Notes under the pieces: generated by a model
The model's database searches: none
What the model saw: the letters and a program-made list of their open reading frames with translations, nothing else
What the model was told of the DNA's origin: nothing
Shown: in pieces, positions 1 to 13,268 of the stretch
Layout of the letters: every line of letters begins with the position of its first letter
How positions within the stretch are numbered: the first letter of the stretch is position 1
DNA from: the human T2T-CHM13v2.0 reference genome, Homo sapiens
Direction: 5' to 3' (one strand)
Assembly: GCF_009914755.1 (NCBI RefSeq)
Contig: NC_060928.1
DNA: 64,000 nucleotides
Made by a program: the position numbers and the translations under genes

Positions 1-39
1 GCATGATATCTTTTCCTTTTCATTGACTCTTTGAGTTCC

Positions 40-488
40 CTAGCTTGTGCCCTCACCATCCTATGACTGGATCGTTGCAACTGCCTCAGGCACCTCCCAT
101 CAGCTCAGCCTGCTGCTCCAGTCTTTGCTGGGTCACCCAGCTCTGCACAGGTTAACCTTGCAGCACCTGGCACATGGTGCTCCAACTGTGAGCCTCGCAC
201 TTACAGCCTCAGAGTGTGTATGCAAGGGGGCGGGGTAAAAAAATGCTCCCCTTTTCCATCCCAGAGGTGGATCTGAGGCTCTTTCTACATGACCTGCAGA
301 TGGTGCCATTGGCATGAAGCCCCAGTTACCAACTGGATAGCACACCATTGTATTTTCTGTCCTCCCCTCTTGTTTCACGCTCTACCAAGTTCTCCAGTCT
401 TGTTCATTGAGACCACTTCTCCAAATGAACCACCTGTATGCAAACCTTGTCCCAGACCTCTGCCTTTGGGGACACCAAAGCTAAGCTA
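40..488 (+). mobile_element. ERVL-class LTR (LTR16-like), degraded
   Basis: 3' end '...ccaaatgaaccacctgtatgcaaaccttgtcccagacctctgcctttggggacaccaaagctaag' resembles the recalled LTR16 terminus; 5' boundary approximate. Confidence 0.55.
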
Positions 489-1229
489 GCCTTCAAGCTG
501 GTCTGTAACAGACACACATTCTTCATTACTAAATGCAATGGGTAGAAGTATTTTTTTTATTTGTAATAATAAAGCTCAAATTTTCACTCCTATTTTGTAA
601 TGCGGGGTGGAAGGAAGTAATTATTTAGTTCATTCAAGTGACTCAGATTCTTTTGGTTAAAGGAGTCTCTTTAGATTATGATAGTGTCCATTCCTTCAGC
701 ATTTAAGCTTCACTATTCTGGATTCTCTCTCTCCCCTTCTCCTACACTTCTCTCTAGAGACCATGTAAATTCTCAGATACTTAATATCATTCTGGCATCT
801 TTCTCTCCCTTCAGTGTTATTTGCTTTCTTGTTCACTAGGGCAATAATCCAGACTCTCTTTGTCTACTAATAATAAGAGGTTGTAGGGAAAAAATTACAC
901 AAAAAGACAAATATGGCTAAAAATAATACAAAGATATTATTATTATTCCTCTTCAAGTCTCTCCCCTTTTCCCAATCAGTCTTCTACTATTATTGACTAG
1001 TGCCAGCGTTACCATGTCAGTTATCTACTAAGGAACCGACAATGGCTTCTAATAACCTATGATAGCTAGCCTGCACAGAACTTCTCTGCTTCCAGTTGTA
1101 CTTAAAGGCAGTGTCAATATCCTTTGAAGCGAAGGAGGTACATGGGGTACGAAAATTACAGTAATGTTAGGAGGGAAAAATGGGAACAGGGGAGGTGACC
1201 AGCAATTGCCATTAAAGTTTGCCTCTTCT

Positions 1230-1848
1230 TACTGTCCCTCATATGACCCCCTGCAACAAAAACAATGCTTGGTTCAGCAAGTAAGTTTGCTGTCAGGCAC
1301 ACAGATAAAATATATTTCTCAGGTTCCTTGCCGTTAGGTTGGGGCTGGCTGACTGCATTCTGGACAGTGGACAGCAGAAGCAATTTACACCATTGTTGGG
1401 GCTGGCCCATAAGAACCTCCCATTCACAATTCTCCGTTCAGTCATTTTCTTCTGTGGTAAACTTGGAAGCCATATGCAGAAGATGACCATGTCAAAACAT
1501 GAAATGAGCCTAGGGCCCTGAATAACTGGGTAGAGCTGGGTGGAGATGAACCCCTTATTTTCTCCTGATGCTCACCCCTACCATATCGAATTGGGATGTG
1601 AATAGCTCTATTAATTATGACATTATTGTCTGTTGCTATTAGTGTATCTACAATGTCAAAAGTGTGTAACTGTGAAAACCAGCAGGAGTAAAAAGAGCAT
1701 GGGAAATGGAATATTTCAGTATGTGAAACTCTCTAAAGAAAGAATTCCAGTGCCTTTAAATTATTATTTAAAGTTTTAAAGATTTATTGTGTTAAGCTAT
1801 TGAGATTTGGAGATTGTTTCAGCAGCTAGTTTTATTTACCCTAATATA
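1230..1848 (+). mobile_element. MaLR LTR (MLT1H/I/J-like), with an internal non-matching stretch at ~1600-1780
   Basis: 'ggctggcccataagaacctcc', 'gagcctagggccctgaataact' and terminal 'tttattgtgttaagctattgagatttggagattgttt...ccctaatata' match MLT1 motifs. Confidence 0.6.
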
Positions 1849-1929
1849 CCTCTCAGTATTGTGCATGGAAATCCTCTTGCCCCAAATGGATATTCTCGTC
1901 CCTTATTTTTTTTCTAATCAAAATCGCAC

Positions 1930-2200
1930 CAACTTTCAAAGGCCCAGCTAAAGTCATATCTGACCCACAAACTTTTCAATGATCTCTACAGCTCATGGTG
2001 ACCCCTCTCTTTTCCCAACTCTTATAGTACTTGCTGTATGTCCTAATCAGACCTTAAATGTGTGCGGCTTTGGTTTGCTACTTCACATTTTAAAATGTGT
2101 ATGTGTTTACTTGTCCACTAGATTATAAATTCCCAACTGGAAAAGACTATTACTAATATTATTATTAAACTCCCAAAGCAATTATCACCCATCTGTGTAG
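1930..2200 (+). mobile_element. L2 3' fragment
   Basis: 'ttcaaaggcccagctaaagtca...ccactagattataaattccc' L2-type motifs; very diverged. Confidence 0.45.
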
Positions 2201-3529
2201 ATGGCACACCAGGAATGAAAAGTTAGAAGTCACAGAAGGCCTCTAAATGTCCTATAAATATCATAGCATGATTTTAGCATCAGCTAAATATAAGAATTCA
2301 AACCCAGTAATGCTGGCTCACAGGTACAACAGTAAATTCTCTGAGGATAAAATTAATGCCTATATATAAATGAGCAGTTCAGAAACACATTCAGTTTGCT
2401 TTTTTCCTCAAGGGCTAATTAATGTTAGCATTTACTCTTCCTCTCTTCTAAATGAATATTAAACAATATCCCAAATTGTGAAAGGCAGGCTTAGAATGTG
2501 AGATCTTTTTGAAACTCCCCATACCACTGATTTTCTCTCACCTGTATTTAACTCCTCATTTGGAATGAAAGTCAGCAGGTTTAGCACAATCTTTGCTGGA
2601 CTTTATGAGTCTACTTTTTTGATAATAATAACAATTAAAATAATAATAATAAATAATTCTTTACATTCCTGAATCTCCTCTTTCTGACCCTAAGTGTTAC
2701 AAACTAATATCCACCTATTTATTTTCTTTCTCTAACTGTGACGAAAGAACAAGTTGCCAATGTTTATATTTAGAGAATCTCTAGGTAACTATGATTTATT
2801 TGGCAATTAAGCAAAAGGGAATGGGAAGAACTGTTTTAAATTAAAGATGAAAAAAGGTCTTGAAAAAAGTTCATATTCTAATATTTTTATATAAGTTGCT
2901 GTTTGAAGATGCTGGAAATCACTTTAAACTGAAAAAAAAATTTGACTGTAACTTTTGTTGCAGTTGCTGTGTGCTAGCTTGAATAGTGCAGATACCGTTG
3001 AACTCTTCTATTCATTCAGGAAGGCTTAGTGCTAGCAATTTGCTTTTCTGTCCAGTCAATGCACTTTCGTTTTAAGCTGGAGAAAATACCTCTGTAATTG
3101 TAGAGCTCATGCCCTCTAGTCTTTAGTTTCAACTCCGTTGAAGCTACTTGTATAGAGATCAGTCTCTGCTGGTTTTAACAGTGGTTCTAACAATCATAGA
3201 GCATTCAGTCTCATCCTTTACAAGTTCCAAGAACAACATATTGACGATAAAGAGTAAATTTTCTAGTCTTTCAGGACTAACTTGAAATGATAAAGCAACA
3301 TGGGACAAATATCTGAAAAGCAAAGAAACATTTTATGGACAGTCTATTATTCTTGCATTTTTATTTTTTCACAGCCATAATTTAACCTCTGGTTGACAGC
3401 AAGGAAGACCAAGAACTACGATTTAAATACACTGGTTCATATATTTTCCCCTACAAACTCTAATGTGAGAATTGCCTTTCAATATGTGCTTGAAGTTTAT
3501 AAAAAATAGTCACCATTAAGGACTTTCAG

Positions 3530-3726
3530 CTGAGGTTTTCAAACTGTGTTTCTCAAAGTCTGAGGTTCTGTGTGGTGGGACCTCAGGGCTGCCAAAAGTA
3601 GGCTGAGTGTGGGGTCTTTTCTCCCCTTCCAACCCAGCGTTTTGCTTTTTATCTGTTTACATTTGGATTTCTATATAAAATTTACAATTACAAAATGGAT
3701 TCTGTTAAAAAAATAAAAAATCCCTG
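3530..3726. mobile_element. hAT-Charlie MITE (MER112-like)
   Basis: 'ggttttcaaactgtgtt...gcttttatctgttt...ggattctgttaaaaaaataaaaaatccctg' resembles recalled consensus. Confidence 0.45.
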
Positions 3727-3824
3727 CATGATGTAATCCATCTATGGAGATGTTTATCTTCCTCCAATTGGTGCAACTCATTTTTCTGTATTAAAATAAC
3801 AAAAATGTCATGTTGTGGGAACTG

Positions 3825-4100
3825 TACAGAGGACATTTGCTGTTTTGTTGGCTGCCTGGGGTCTATACCCTTTCCTAGCAGCACCCTAATTTCCTTTTGG
3901 GGAACTACCTCTCTCCCACTGTGTGTGATGCTGGTGGATGGTAGATCTGGGGACCTCCCTTCAAAGGAGCTGAAGTGACTTGCTCTTTCCTCTCAAAGCC
4001 CCAGGACAACAAAGGTGTGAATCACTAACCTGTGCTCCATCAGTCAGATGCCCTCTCTTGGGTCTCTGAATCTGGAGTGAGTGACACAACAAAAGGAACA
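3825..4100 (+). mobile_element. old ERVL/MaLR LTR fragment (MLT1K-like 5' part)
   Basis: 'cagcaccctaatttccttttggggaactacctctctcccact' resembles the MLT1K 5' region. Confidence 0.4.
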
Positions 4101-4989
4101 CCTGGATTTTCGAGATTTTATCAGTGGTACCCTGCCCTGTCAGGAGACCATGCTAAGGTTCCTCCTTTCCCATCTTCCAGAGCTGCATTGGTGCCTGCCC
4201 ATTTTCAAGTCTGAATCTCAAGCCTTTCAGCAATTAAGTGAGTCGCTACTAATCCTTCCACCTGCACATGCTTTTTTGCACTGTGTGTCTTCATTTTTCT
4301 TGCCTTGCTCTTCCTTTCTCCTTCGTGGACCAGACTGTAGACTGCAGACTGCCTTATGGCAGCCTCCCACAAGAGTTTAGCTACTCACTGTCCACTGTCC
4401 CTTGGGATGCATGCTTTTCTTCTTCTAAGGGCGTTGGTGGCTCACTTACTCTCCATCCCTTTCTACTTCAGTACCTGCACTCACTTCTCCCTGTTTTGGT
4501 TCTGCTGTCCTGTGTCAGTGCTGATATCCAATGCATTCCTGCCTTCCTGCACAGTAAGTTACCCCAGCGACAGTGTGAAACATGTAGGCTTCACTTGTCT
4601 TGAGAGTCAGGAACTCCCGCCAGAAAAATGCAGGCAGAGAAGGTTAGGAACAATAAGAATATCGGGAATGTAGTAGTAGTGTGTCAAGACCCAGACTGAG
4701 AGACAAGCAAGTATTAGAGAACGGGCAGGAAGGGGCACAAAATTAGATATACAGAAATTTAGGACAGGGTGCCACTATAATGAGAAAATTATTCTGAGGT
4801 AAGCTCTGGTTTGTACAGGGGCTTCTTTCACAGCAGCAACTGCTCTGGTGAGGGTGCTGATGGCCCCCACCCCCATCCAAATAAAACAATATGGACTTTT
4901 ACCCAAATTCTATTTGGTCTTCACAAGACAAGCCACTGTCTTATTAACACAACAGTGACAATAAGACCTACTTGATATATTTTTGAATA

Positions 4990-5182
4990 ATAATAGTAGC
5001 TGTCATTTATGGAGTGCTTACTGCATGTCAGGCTCTTTGGCAAAGTGCTTTGAATATAAGGAGAACTGAGTCTGAGGGAGGTTAAACAACTCATTCAAGA
5101 TCACTCACCAACTAAATGGTAAAGTTGAGATTTGAACTTAGGTCTGCCAAGTCAGAGCACAAGTTCTTAATCACTCAGCATT
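4990..5182 (-). mobile_element. MIR SINE
   Basis: 'catttatggagtgcttactgcatgtcagg...gagaactgagtctgagggaggttaaacaactcattcaagatcac...gatttgaacttaggtctg' is the MIR core in antisense. Confidence 0.75.
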
Positions 5183-5399
5183 TTGCCCCTAAATGCCATT
5201 CAATTGGACTCTGCTCTGGAATATACAGACACCATGTCTTCCAATCCCAACCTTCTTACCTAGTTCAATAAACTGGTGCTGAATAAACAAGTACAAAGGA
5301 GGCTGTTAACTCTCACCTGGTGTAAGAATGGGCATAGTGGTCATTGTCCACAACCGTACGGCCTTCTTTCGGGAAATGCTCCTTCCCCCGTATACCCAC

Positions 5400-5880
5400 A
5401 AGCAAATAGAAGCTGCTGTTCATTTACAGATCCCACTCACAGGCCTGCTCTGATTGGCCCGGGTGGTGATAGTAAACCATGTCCCACTTAGAGCTGATTG
5501 GAACAGGTTCGGGCCCAGCTGGGATGAACACAAGCGAGGCCAATCAGAGGAAGCCTCCCCTCTGATGTTTAAACTGTGATCAGAGGCTAGTCTCACTCTC
5601 CCTCTGGTGGTGAAACTTGGAGGTACTTGGCATAATAGCGGCTGGTGGTCATATTTCCATGAGGAAGTGCGTCTGAAAATATACAACTGACCTAAAGACA
5701 GAAACTGAGAGGTTGAAAGATGGAAACCAGAAGGAGAGATTAGGAGAAAGTGAGAGCGACAGGTTTTGAGACCTGGTATGAATTTCTTCTCAAGTCCCAG
5801 CTCCACACTTGCCCTCGCATCACCTTAACCAATCCTAGTTGGGTTTAGTCACTTCCAACCAAAATAGTTCTGACTGAGAC
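5400..5880 (+). mobile_element. MaLR LTR (MLT1K/L-like)
   Basis: Internal 'ggccaatcagag' and terminal 'agttgggtttagtcacttccaaccaaaatagttctgactgaga' typical of the MLT1 3' end. Confidence 0.55.
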
Positions 5881-6568
5881 CATGAATTTTTAAAAACTCG
5901 CATTAACACGTTAGGTCTATGTTTACCCTGAGAGAATGGAGAAAATACTTGGTCTTCTATCCGCACACGGCATGCACTTCACCTCTAAACTTAGACTGTG
6001 CAGCCCTAGAAGGGAGGGTAGTGGTGAGAATTGACAGAGCAGGGAAACCAATTTTAAGAATAATTTCTCAATGGCAGTCCTGTTTTCTTGTCTCCTTTGC
6101 CAACTTTCAATACTTATGTTGGAGGAGTCTTCCCGGACCATTAGGTAGCAAGAAATAAATTTGTTATGGTACCACATATTCCTTCAGAATAGTTGATAAT
6201 AAAGTTTTTATCCTGAAGAACTCAGGAGCACGTAGACAGAGATTCTTTGCTACCCTGGACATGAACTAAACTGAGTTTAACTTAATTCATGAAACTATTC
6301 TAGAATAATTCAATAATTACTATGATGTTAACTATTAATTTATGGGACAGATCAACTAGGAGATAATTCTTCACCTTACAGCACACCACTCCCACAAAAA
6401 AAAAAAAAAAAACGTCATGGAATTGCTGCAAGTATTTGGTTTCAGAGTATAAGATACTGCCCTGACAATTTATAAAACCTCCCCTTATGGAGAAGCCAAA
6501 GGTCATAGTGAGTCCACATATATTTAATTAACTCACAACGTATTCAGACACATGTTATTATATGAAGC

Positions 6569-6732
6569 CAGGCTACTAAGGACAGGTGGGCAGTCTGCTC
6601 ACTGTTCAATGATACCTTGATTGGGGCACAAGTGGGAGCTGAAATCCAGTCCTCACTTCACACCCTAAGCCACACGCCCAGGAGCCTGCCTCCACCCACA
6701 CATGGACACCATCTAGGTCAGTGGTGGCCCTA
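6569..6732. mobile_element. hAT-Tip100 MITE (MER91-like)
   Basis: 'agtgggagctgaaatccagtcc...aagccacacgccc' and terminal 'ggtggcccta'. Confidence 0.5.
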
Positions 6733-8199
6733 CCACAGGTAAAGCAGACCTGCCTGCTACCTAAAACTCTTTAGAAGGAAAAAGGCTTTCTTCTGAAACA
6801 CAAAATAGAAAAACAACAGAAGTAACATTTTCCCTAGAAAAATTAAACACATAAGTGCCTAATAAGTACTTACTGAACTAAATGAATACACTGTAGAATA
6901 AGAAAGGTAATGATTTTCTTGATAATCTGCCCGAAGGAAAGTGTTAGCAAATGCTCCTATTTCCATGCATGGCTTATTTCTTTCCGATCATTGCTTTTTG
7001 TCCACTCCACCCAACAGCATTAGAATCGATGACATCTTTATTGCATCTTTTCTCTTTTTAAATAAGGACAAAAGAAGAGCAAGAAACTTCTTTTAATTTT
7101 TAAAAAGTTTCTTATTTACTACCAGTTTCCCTCCTCCATCTCGATCCTCATAGTGCCCTGAACTGCCTCATAGCACCCAAGACTGGTGGGGAAATAGCTC
7201 CAGTGAGTCAAACAGAATTACATCCCCATCACTGGGGTTTCAGTTTACCAACATTGACAATGAATTCCTTTCCATGGTTCACCATAGTTTGCTTTTTTAT
7301 ACCACAGAAATGTTCTGGACACGCATATGGTGCTTTCTATAAATATCAGCTACACATTCCAGCTTTCGAAGGAGCACATTCTGCTAAACATAGACTATGG
7401 AGACAAGTAATCCCTGTTTTTCTTGCTGTATATCATGGGTGCTAATTCAGGCTAAGTTTTCCTTATTCCATCTCAGTTTGGCCTTGGTTATTTTGGGCCT
7501 TTGCACAAAGGTCACTGGATTGCTTCTAGTGTCTCGTAGTTAATACCCCGACTAGCAGCATTTGCAGTCACAGGCTTCTGGAGCCACAGCTGCAATTCCC
7601 ATTAACTGGAAGAACCACAGTGTTGCTAAATAGTCTCACAGAAATTCTAGTCCCCAAACCAGAGCTTTGGGAGTCTCTTGGTAATTGCAAGAGCCATAAG
7701 CCATTCGAAAGTTGAGATCTAGATATTACCGACCTACAACTTCCCCAGATGACGCAGGAAGACTGACAATTTGGCATGAATAGCTAGAGCTATGGCAAGA
7801 GCTCTGCAGAATATGTGATTAGTACAAAAACTTAAAGTGTGATTGTTCAGTCTTCCCAGGCAATGCCAACCTATGGGATAACCTGGGTATTACAGGTTCA
7901 TAATACCTACGGTCCAGATGTGACTTGATCACATCTTCTCTTGCTTTCTGCTTGTTCGTTTTTGTTTTAACTTTTTTTTTTCAAACTTCAATACAAATTT
8001 GGTCTTGTATGCAATTTTAATGTCGGAGTATGCCATTCAGCACAAGAAATAGAAGTCTGTTAGAGCTACTTGTTATTGGCTCTTTCATTTTGAATAAATT
8101 ATTTCTTTAAGACCTTTGTCTCTTCCTGTTTATAACCTGCCATTTAGCTCTAAAATGCCCGTCAGTCACACCAGATCTCCACTGGAGTATTTGTCATCT

Positions 8200-8390
8200 G
8201 TGCAGGGCTTTTCAGTTTACAAAATATAACATCACATCCCTTCCCTCATAGATTCCCAGAAAAACCTTGTGAGGTAGAACTTGTTATTTTCATTTTAGAA
8301 CTGAGGAAAGTGAAACCAAACTGATTCTGTGACAGGTCCACAGAGGAGATCCAGAACTCAAATTACAGGCTAGTGTTCTTTCCATTTTAA
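8200..8390 (-). mobile_element. MIR/MIR3 fragment
   Basis: 'aaccttgtgaggtag...cattttagaactgaggaaagtgaa' is the MIR core in antisense. Confidence 0.55.
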
Positions 8391-9152
8391 CCAGAATATC
8401 TTTTGCCTTTAGAACTGTTGTAACTAGGTGTGTGGAGGGGGCACTGGATCTGAGCTCCAAGATTTCCTGTAAGTCATTCCTTCCAACCAGGGGAAGTATC
8501 AATGGTTGCTTATTGGCTCTGAGCCTCAGTTTACTTTTCTGTAAAATAAAATCCTTTTTAGCTCTCATGCTGTATGATCCGATGATAAGCAAACAGGGCC
8601 ATCAGGAATTTTTTTTCCTCCAAGTGTGATGTACACATTTAGCAGCAGAGGAAAACAGAAAAGTTGAATTTTTTTTCTTTTTTTCTCTTCTCCTTTCTCT
8701 ATCTTCATTTCTTTCTTTTACCATTCCCTTAGTCTGCTACCTTTCAATACTTATTTACACCATTCAAGTCCTTATTTTTATCAGTTGCTAAATGAAGAAA
8801 ATAGTGCTGTTCTCACACAATTTTATTGTGATTTACAACTTCTGTCTCCATCAAGTAAGTCTCAAAACAGCAGGTCCAGGTAGCACACCAAAATCTATGG
8901 AAAGTTAGATTGAATTGGTTTTTGGATGTGTTTTTGTTTTTAGCTTTGATTTTATGTTCTTCTTATAGCATTTTGTTGACGTCTATGTTTGTGTTGAGAA
9001 TGGAGATGCCGAGATTTTTTTTTTTAATTTTTAAACCTGTAACCTTGTCATGCATGTAAAACTGGTACTTGCTGAAAACACAAATGGAGAAAAAGACTTT
9101 CCTGGGGGATTCTCACAACAGATGGGCAACAGATCTACCCAAGAAGTTAGAT

Positions 9153-9341
9153 CAGAAGTACCCAAAATGTTTTCCCTGGAGCAATAGCATCAGCATCAAC
9201 TGAAAATATGTTAGAGATGCAAATTCTCTGGCCCCTCTTAAGACCTGGTGAGTCAGAAACTCTCAAACTGGGAACCCTAAATCTGTGTTTGAACAAGCTC
9301 TCCAGATGCTTTTGCTGTGCTCTAACGTTTAATAACTACTT
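9153..9341. mobile_element. MER5A (hAT-Charlie), full length
   Basis: 'agcatcagcatcaactg...ttagagatgcaaattctctggccc...gagtcagaaactct...tgtgtttgaacaagctctccagatg'; 189 bp; perfect 8-bp TSD AGTTAGAT at 9145-9152 and 9342-9349. Confidence 0.85.
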
Positions 9342-9666
9342 AGTTAGATTATTGTCTTATTATGGTATTTTTTCAGTCTTAAGCTACTCAGCATGGCTCT
9401 GGAAGGGACACCACTGAGAATATCTGTTATTGGAATGGAAGAAACTTTACATGGGGCCAGTAAGGCACAGCCGTAACTACAGAATAACAATTAGCTCTGT
9501 TGTAACACTCCATTACCTTTTCAATTTTCTTATTGCTACCTTGGACATATATTATTAATGTCCTTCATATATTTTAAAGATATATTAAACCTTAATCTAT
9601 AAATTAGCATCAATACATAATATGAAATGAATAAACATAAATCACAAGATACTTGTGATAAAAAAC

Positions 9667-9968
9667 TTTTTGTTTTTGTTTTTTGAGACAGAGTCTCGCT
9701 CTTGCTCAGGCTGGAGTGCAGTGGAATGGCATGATCTCGGCTCACTACAACCTCTGCCTTTCAGGTTCAAGCGATCCTCTCACCTCAGCCTTCCAAGTAG
9801 CTAGTATTACAGACATGTGCCACCACGCCTGGCTCATTTTTGTGTTTTTAGTAGAGACGGAGTTTCACCATGTTGGCCAGGCTGGTCTTGAATTTCTGAG
9901 CTCAAGTGATCTGCCCGCCTCGGCCTCCCTAAGTAATGGGATTACAGGTGTGAGCCACCACACTGGCC
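9667..9968 (-). mobile_element. Alu (S-type), full length
   Basis: T-rich tail then 'gagacagagtctcgctc...gggattacaggtgtgagccaccacactggcc'. Confidence 0.95.
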
Positions 9969-10629
9969 TACAGACTATGTTTGAACCCTGGTTCAGTTCC
10001 ACTGGGACTCATCACTTTTCTGTAATGACCCCACTGGGCTGTTCCTACACAGTAAATTCAATTTTGTCTCTTAGTCTTTGAGTAATCCTGGCCTTACAGG
10101 GTCTATCCTGCTAAATATTTCTTTCACACTGCCAATTCCTTATTCCATAAAATTTTGTAAGAGGCTATGCTTGTTTACCCTGAGGAAACAGTACCCTCCC
10201 TGAGGCATTGGATCTTGTTTGTGAAATCAGTTAGTAGCAGTACATTTCTGGAAAAAACACTTTCTGTTTTGATTAGCACTTTAATTTTCAAGGTTAATAC
10301 TCATAAGCTTCCCAAACGTAGAGGACCAGCTTTTACTCATTACAAACATATATTCATCTTTGGATGGCAAGACTTTGGGTTATGCTACCTAATAGCTGTG
10401 TGATTTTGAGCAAATTACGTAACCTCCAAGAGCCTTGGTTTCCTCATCTGCCACATAGGGGCATTGCTTCTGCCATGGACTCAGGGCCAGAATTCAGAAC
10501 CTGGGGAGAAATTCCATTTGTTTTAAATGCAACTCAGTTTTTCCTTACACCTAGGTTTTTCAGCCTGTGAGAGGAGATGCAAAAGTTTTCCCCTCCCATT
10601 TGCAAGGGGAAGACAATGGCACTTTGATG

Positions 10630-10830
10630 TCTATATTATAGACTTTGGTGTGAATCCTAAACTTTAACATTTACTAGCCATATGACTTTGGGTAATTTAC
10701 TTGGCCTCTTTAAGGTTTAGCTTTTTTATCTATGAAATGGTGTAATAATATTACCTGTGTTGTAGGGTTGAAGAGATAAATGTGCAAAATGCTTAGTCCG
10801 TCACATATAATATTATTGTAATTATTGTTA
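10630..10830 (+). mobile_element. MIR SINE
   Basis: 'atttactagccatatgactttgggtaatttacttggcctctttaaggtttagcttttttatctatgaaatgg' MIR core. Confidence 0.7.
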
Positions 10831-11599
10831 CTGCCTCTCTTTCTTACCCTATCTCAAGCTTGATGCTTCTCTCACTGGACCAGAATAATCATTTATTTAT
10901 TTTTTTTATCATAATGAGACAAATTATAAGTCACAATTTCCTTCACTCTTTTTTCTTTATTAAATTCAGTGCAAAGCTATATCTAGCTATTGCTTGTATT
11001 GTTTGAAGCACCCTTTTTGGCCATGAAGATAGGTCTTCTCAATTGATTATTGGTTCTGAGCTCTGAATGTGGATGTTTCATTTATGGGCAAATGGCCAAA
11101 GGCTTTTTCTTATGGCCTATAGCTTGTAGCCAAGCCTATGGAGGCAATTTGGTAACTTTTCCCAGAACAGAAATTATGGGCCATGGTCCAGCCAACCACA
11201 AAATTCTTTCACCTTACATTGCTGTACATTGAAACATAAATTCCCCTCCCCTCTATTTTTTGTGGAAATAAAAGCAAACGAGAATGGTTTCTAAACAAAG
11301 GAGTTTTAAAGAGGGGCTCTGCTGAATGTAGAAATTCTCTCTTGTTGCAGTCTGTCTCTGGAAACAGCACACACATCTTGCTTAAGGACAACAGGCAATA
11401 CCTGTGATGTTTGAATCCCATCAATTACCACTAAAAGAAAAAAAACTTTACGTGTCAGTATCAGAGGGTCTTAGTTCCTTTGTAGGAGATTTTCCCGAGG
11501 GCCTCTCATTACAATTCTCACATGCTTGTTCTGAAAATAATAATGTGCATATACATATGAATGTAAAATTTAGGAAGTGCTAATTTCTCTCTTTATATA

Positions 11600-12435
11600 A
11601 TTAAGAGTCCTCAGATAAGACAATTGAAGAGGGCTTGTGAAACGACTATTTACAAAAGCATAAGCTGGATAAAGGGGGAGGTACAGGGAATGAAGAATTA
11701 CCCTGGAGCTGGCAATAGCAGGACCCATTACCACCCCTAGGACTAAGAGGCAGGAGGAGGGGGCAGTTAAAGGGCCTGGAGAGAGAGCTGGCCTTCGGTA
11801 GAAAAATGCAGCAGCTGCCTGCATAGTCAGGCTCTTTTATCCTCTCTGATCTATGGTACCTCCTACAGCTACCTCCTGGCCCACTGATTCCATCTATAAA
11901 GGTCAGTGGATTCATTTCTTAGGCTGCTGTACCACAAATTGGGTGACTCAAAACAACAATAACGTATTGTCTCACAATTCTGGAGGATGGAAGTTCAAAA
12001 TCAAGGTGTCATTAAGGCCACTGTCCCTCTTAAAACTGTAGCATAATCCTTCCCTACCTCTTCCTAGATTCTAATGGTTTGCTGGAAATCTTTGGCATTC
12101 TTTGCCTTGTAGAAGTATCACTCCAATCCTTCATCTTCCCAAGCTGTTTACTCTCCCTGTCTCTGTCTTCACATGGCTGTCTTCTTATGAGGACACCAGT
12201 CATGCTGGATTCAGGGCCCACCCTACTCCAGTACAACCTCATCTTAACTAGTTACATCTGCAATGACCCTATTTCCAAATAAGGTCACATTCTGAGGTCC
12301 TGGACATTAGGGACTTGAACATATATCTCTTTTGAAGAAACACAATTGAGCCCATAACAGTCATCCTTCCAGAGCACAGGCAGATGGAGAGGGTGAAAAA
12401 TAGTGAATGGAGAGGAACAAGCAGAGAATTAGTGT
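11600..12435. mobile_element. ERVL-class LTR (LTR41/LTR33-like), split by MLT1C
   Basis: 'gactatttacaaaag...ccctggagctggcaatagcagg...ttaccacccctagg' at ~11640-11750; similarity resumes after 12360 ('cagagcacaggcagatggagagggtg'). Confidence 0.45.
11907..12359 (-). mobile_element. MLT1C-like MaLR solo LTR
   Basis: 'aggctgctgt..accacaaattgggtgactcaaaacaac...ctcacaattctggagg...cttcttatgaggacaccagtcat...ccctatttccaaataaggtcacattctgagg...cccataaca'; 5-bp TSD GTCAG/GTCAT. Confidence 0.85.
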
Positions 12436-12504
12436 ACTCTCCTTTCATCATGTCCTCCTTGGTTCACACTCCACAGTGTCCCAAACTTTGACCTCTCTTC
12501 TTAA

Positions 12505-12990
12505 GCTTTATTTCATTTTTTATTGAAGTATAAGGTATATACAGAAGTACACAAACAATAAGTGCATAGCTTGAGGAATTTCTCAAAACTCAACATACCC
12601 ATGTAAACAGCATCTGGATCAAGACACAGTATTAACACTACAGAAGCCCCCTCCTACTCCCCTCCAGTTTCTATCCCTCCATCCCCAACAGACAACCATC
12701 ACTGCAGCTTCTAACACCACAGATTCATGTTGCCTGCCTTTCAACTTCACATTAGAGGAATTTTACATATGCACACATTTGTGTCTGTCTCTTCCCACAA
12801 CGTTATGTTTCTATGAGTCATCTATGCTATTGTGTATAGCTGTAGGACACTCATTCTCATTCCATTATGTGTGTATACCACAATTTATTTACCTTTCTAC
12901 TGTTACAGGTTCTTGGATAGATTCCAGTTGGGGGATCTGATGAATTACGTTGCTGTGAACATGCTTGTACATACCGTTTGGTGAAAAGTG
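12505..12990 (-). mobile_element. old L1M (L1MC/MD-type) 3' end
   Basis: 'tttttattgaagtataa...acagaagtacacaaacaataagtgcatagcttgaggaattt...ttccagttgggg...gctgtgaacatgcttgtacat'. Confidence 0.75.
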
Positions 12991-13029
12991 TTTATGACTT
13001 TTTGACAAACATTCTCTAGGAAGTTCTGC

Positions 13030-13268
13030 TCATTCCCTAGTCAGAATTATGTGTGTCCTACTTGTTGTTCTCAAAGTGAGCACTTACTGGAGCGTCAAGC
13101 TTGAGTTATCGACGTCTGTCTCCTCCCTACCTGCTAACACCTCTGTGAGTGTGAGCTTTCTGGGGCAAAGATTCTGCTTTATGTCTCTTCACATCCTAGC
13201 ATGTGCCTGCTACATAGTAGGACCCTAATCAGTTTGTTTAGTGAATGAATGGGTGAATGAATAAATGG
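13030..13268 (+). mobile_element. L2 3' end
   Basis: 'gtgcctgctacatagtaggaccctaatcagtttgtttagtgaatgaatg' L2 tail. Confidence 0.65.

Noticed and set aside
9683-10081. Alu-derived ORFs of 60-135 aa (also 15678, 23175, 27632, 28510, 44125, 45752, 51005, 53624, 60030)
   Set aside because: Typical Alu translations ([14 protein letters not shown]); not genes.
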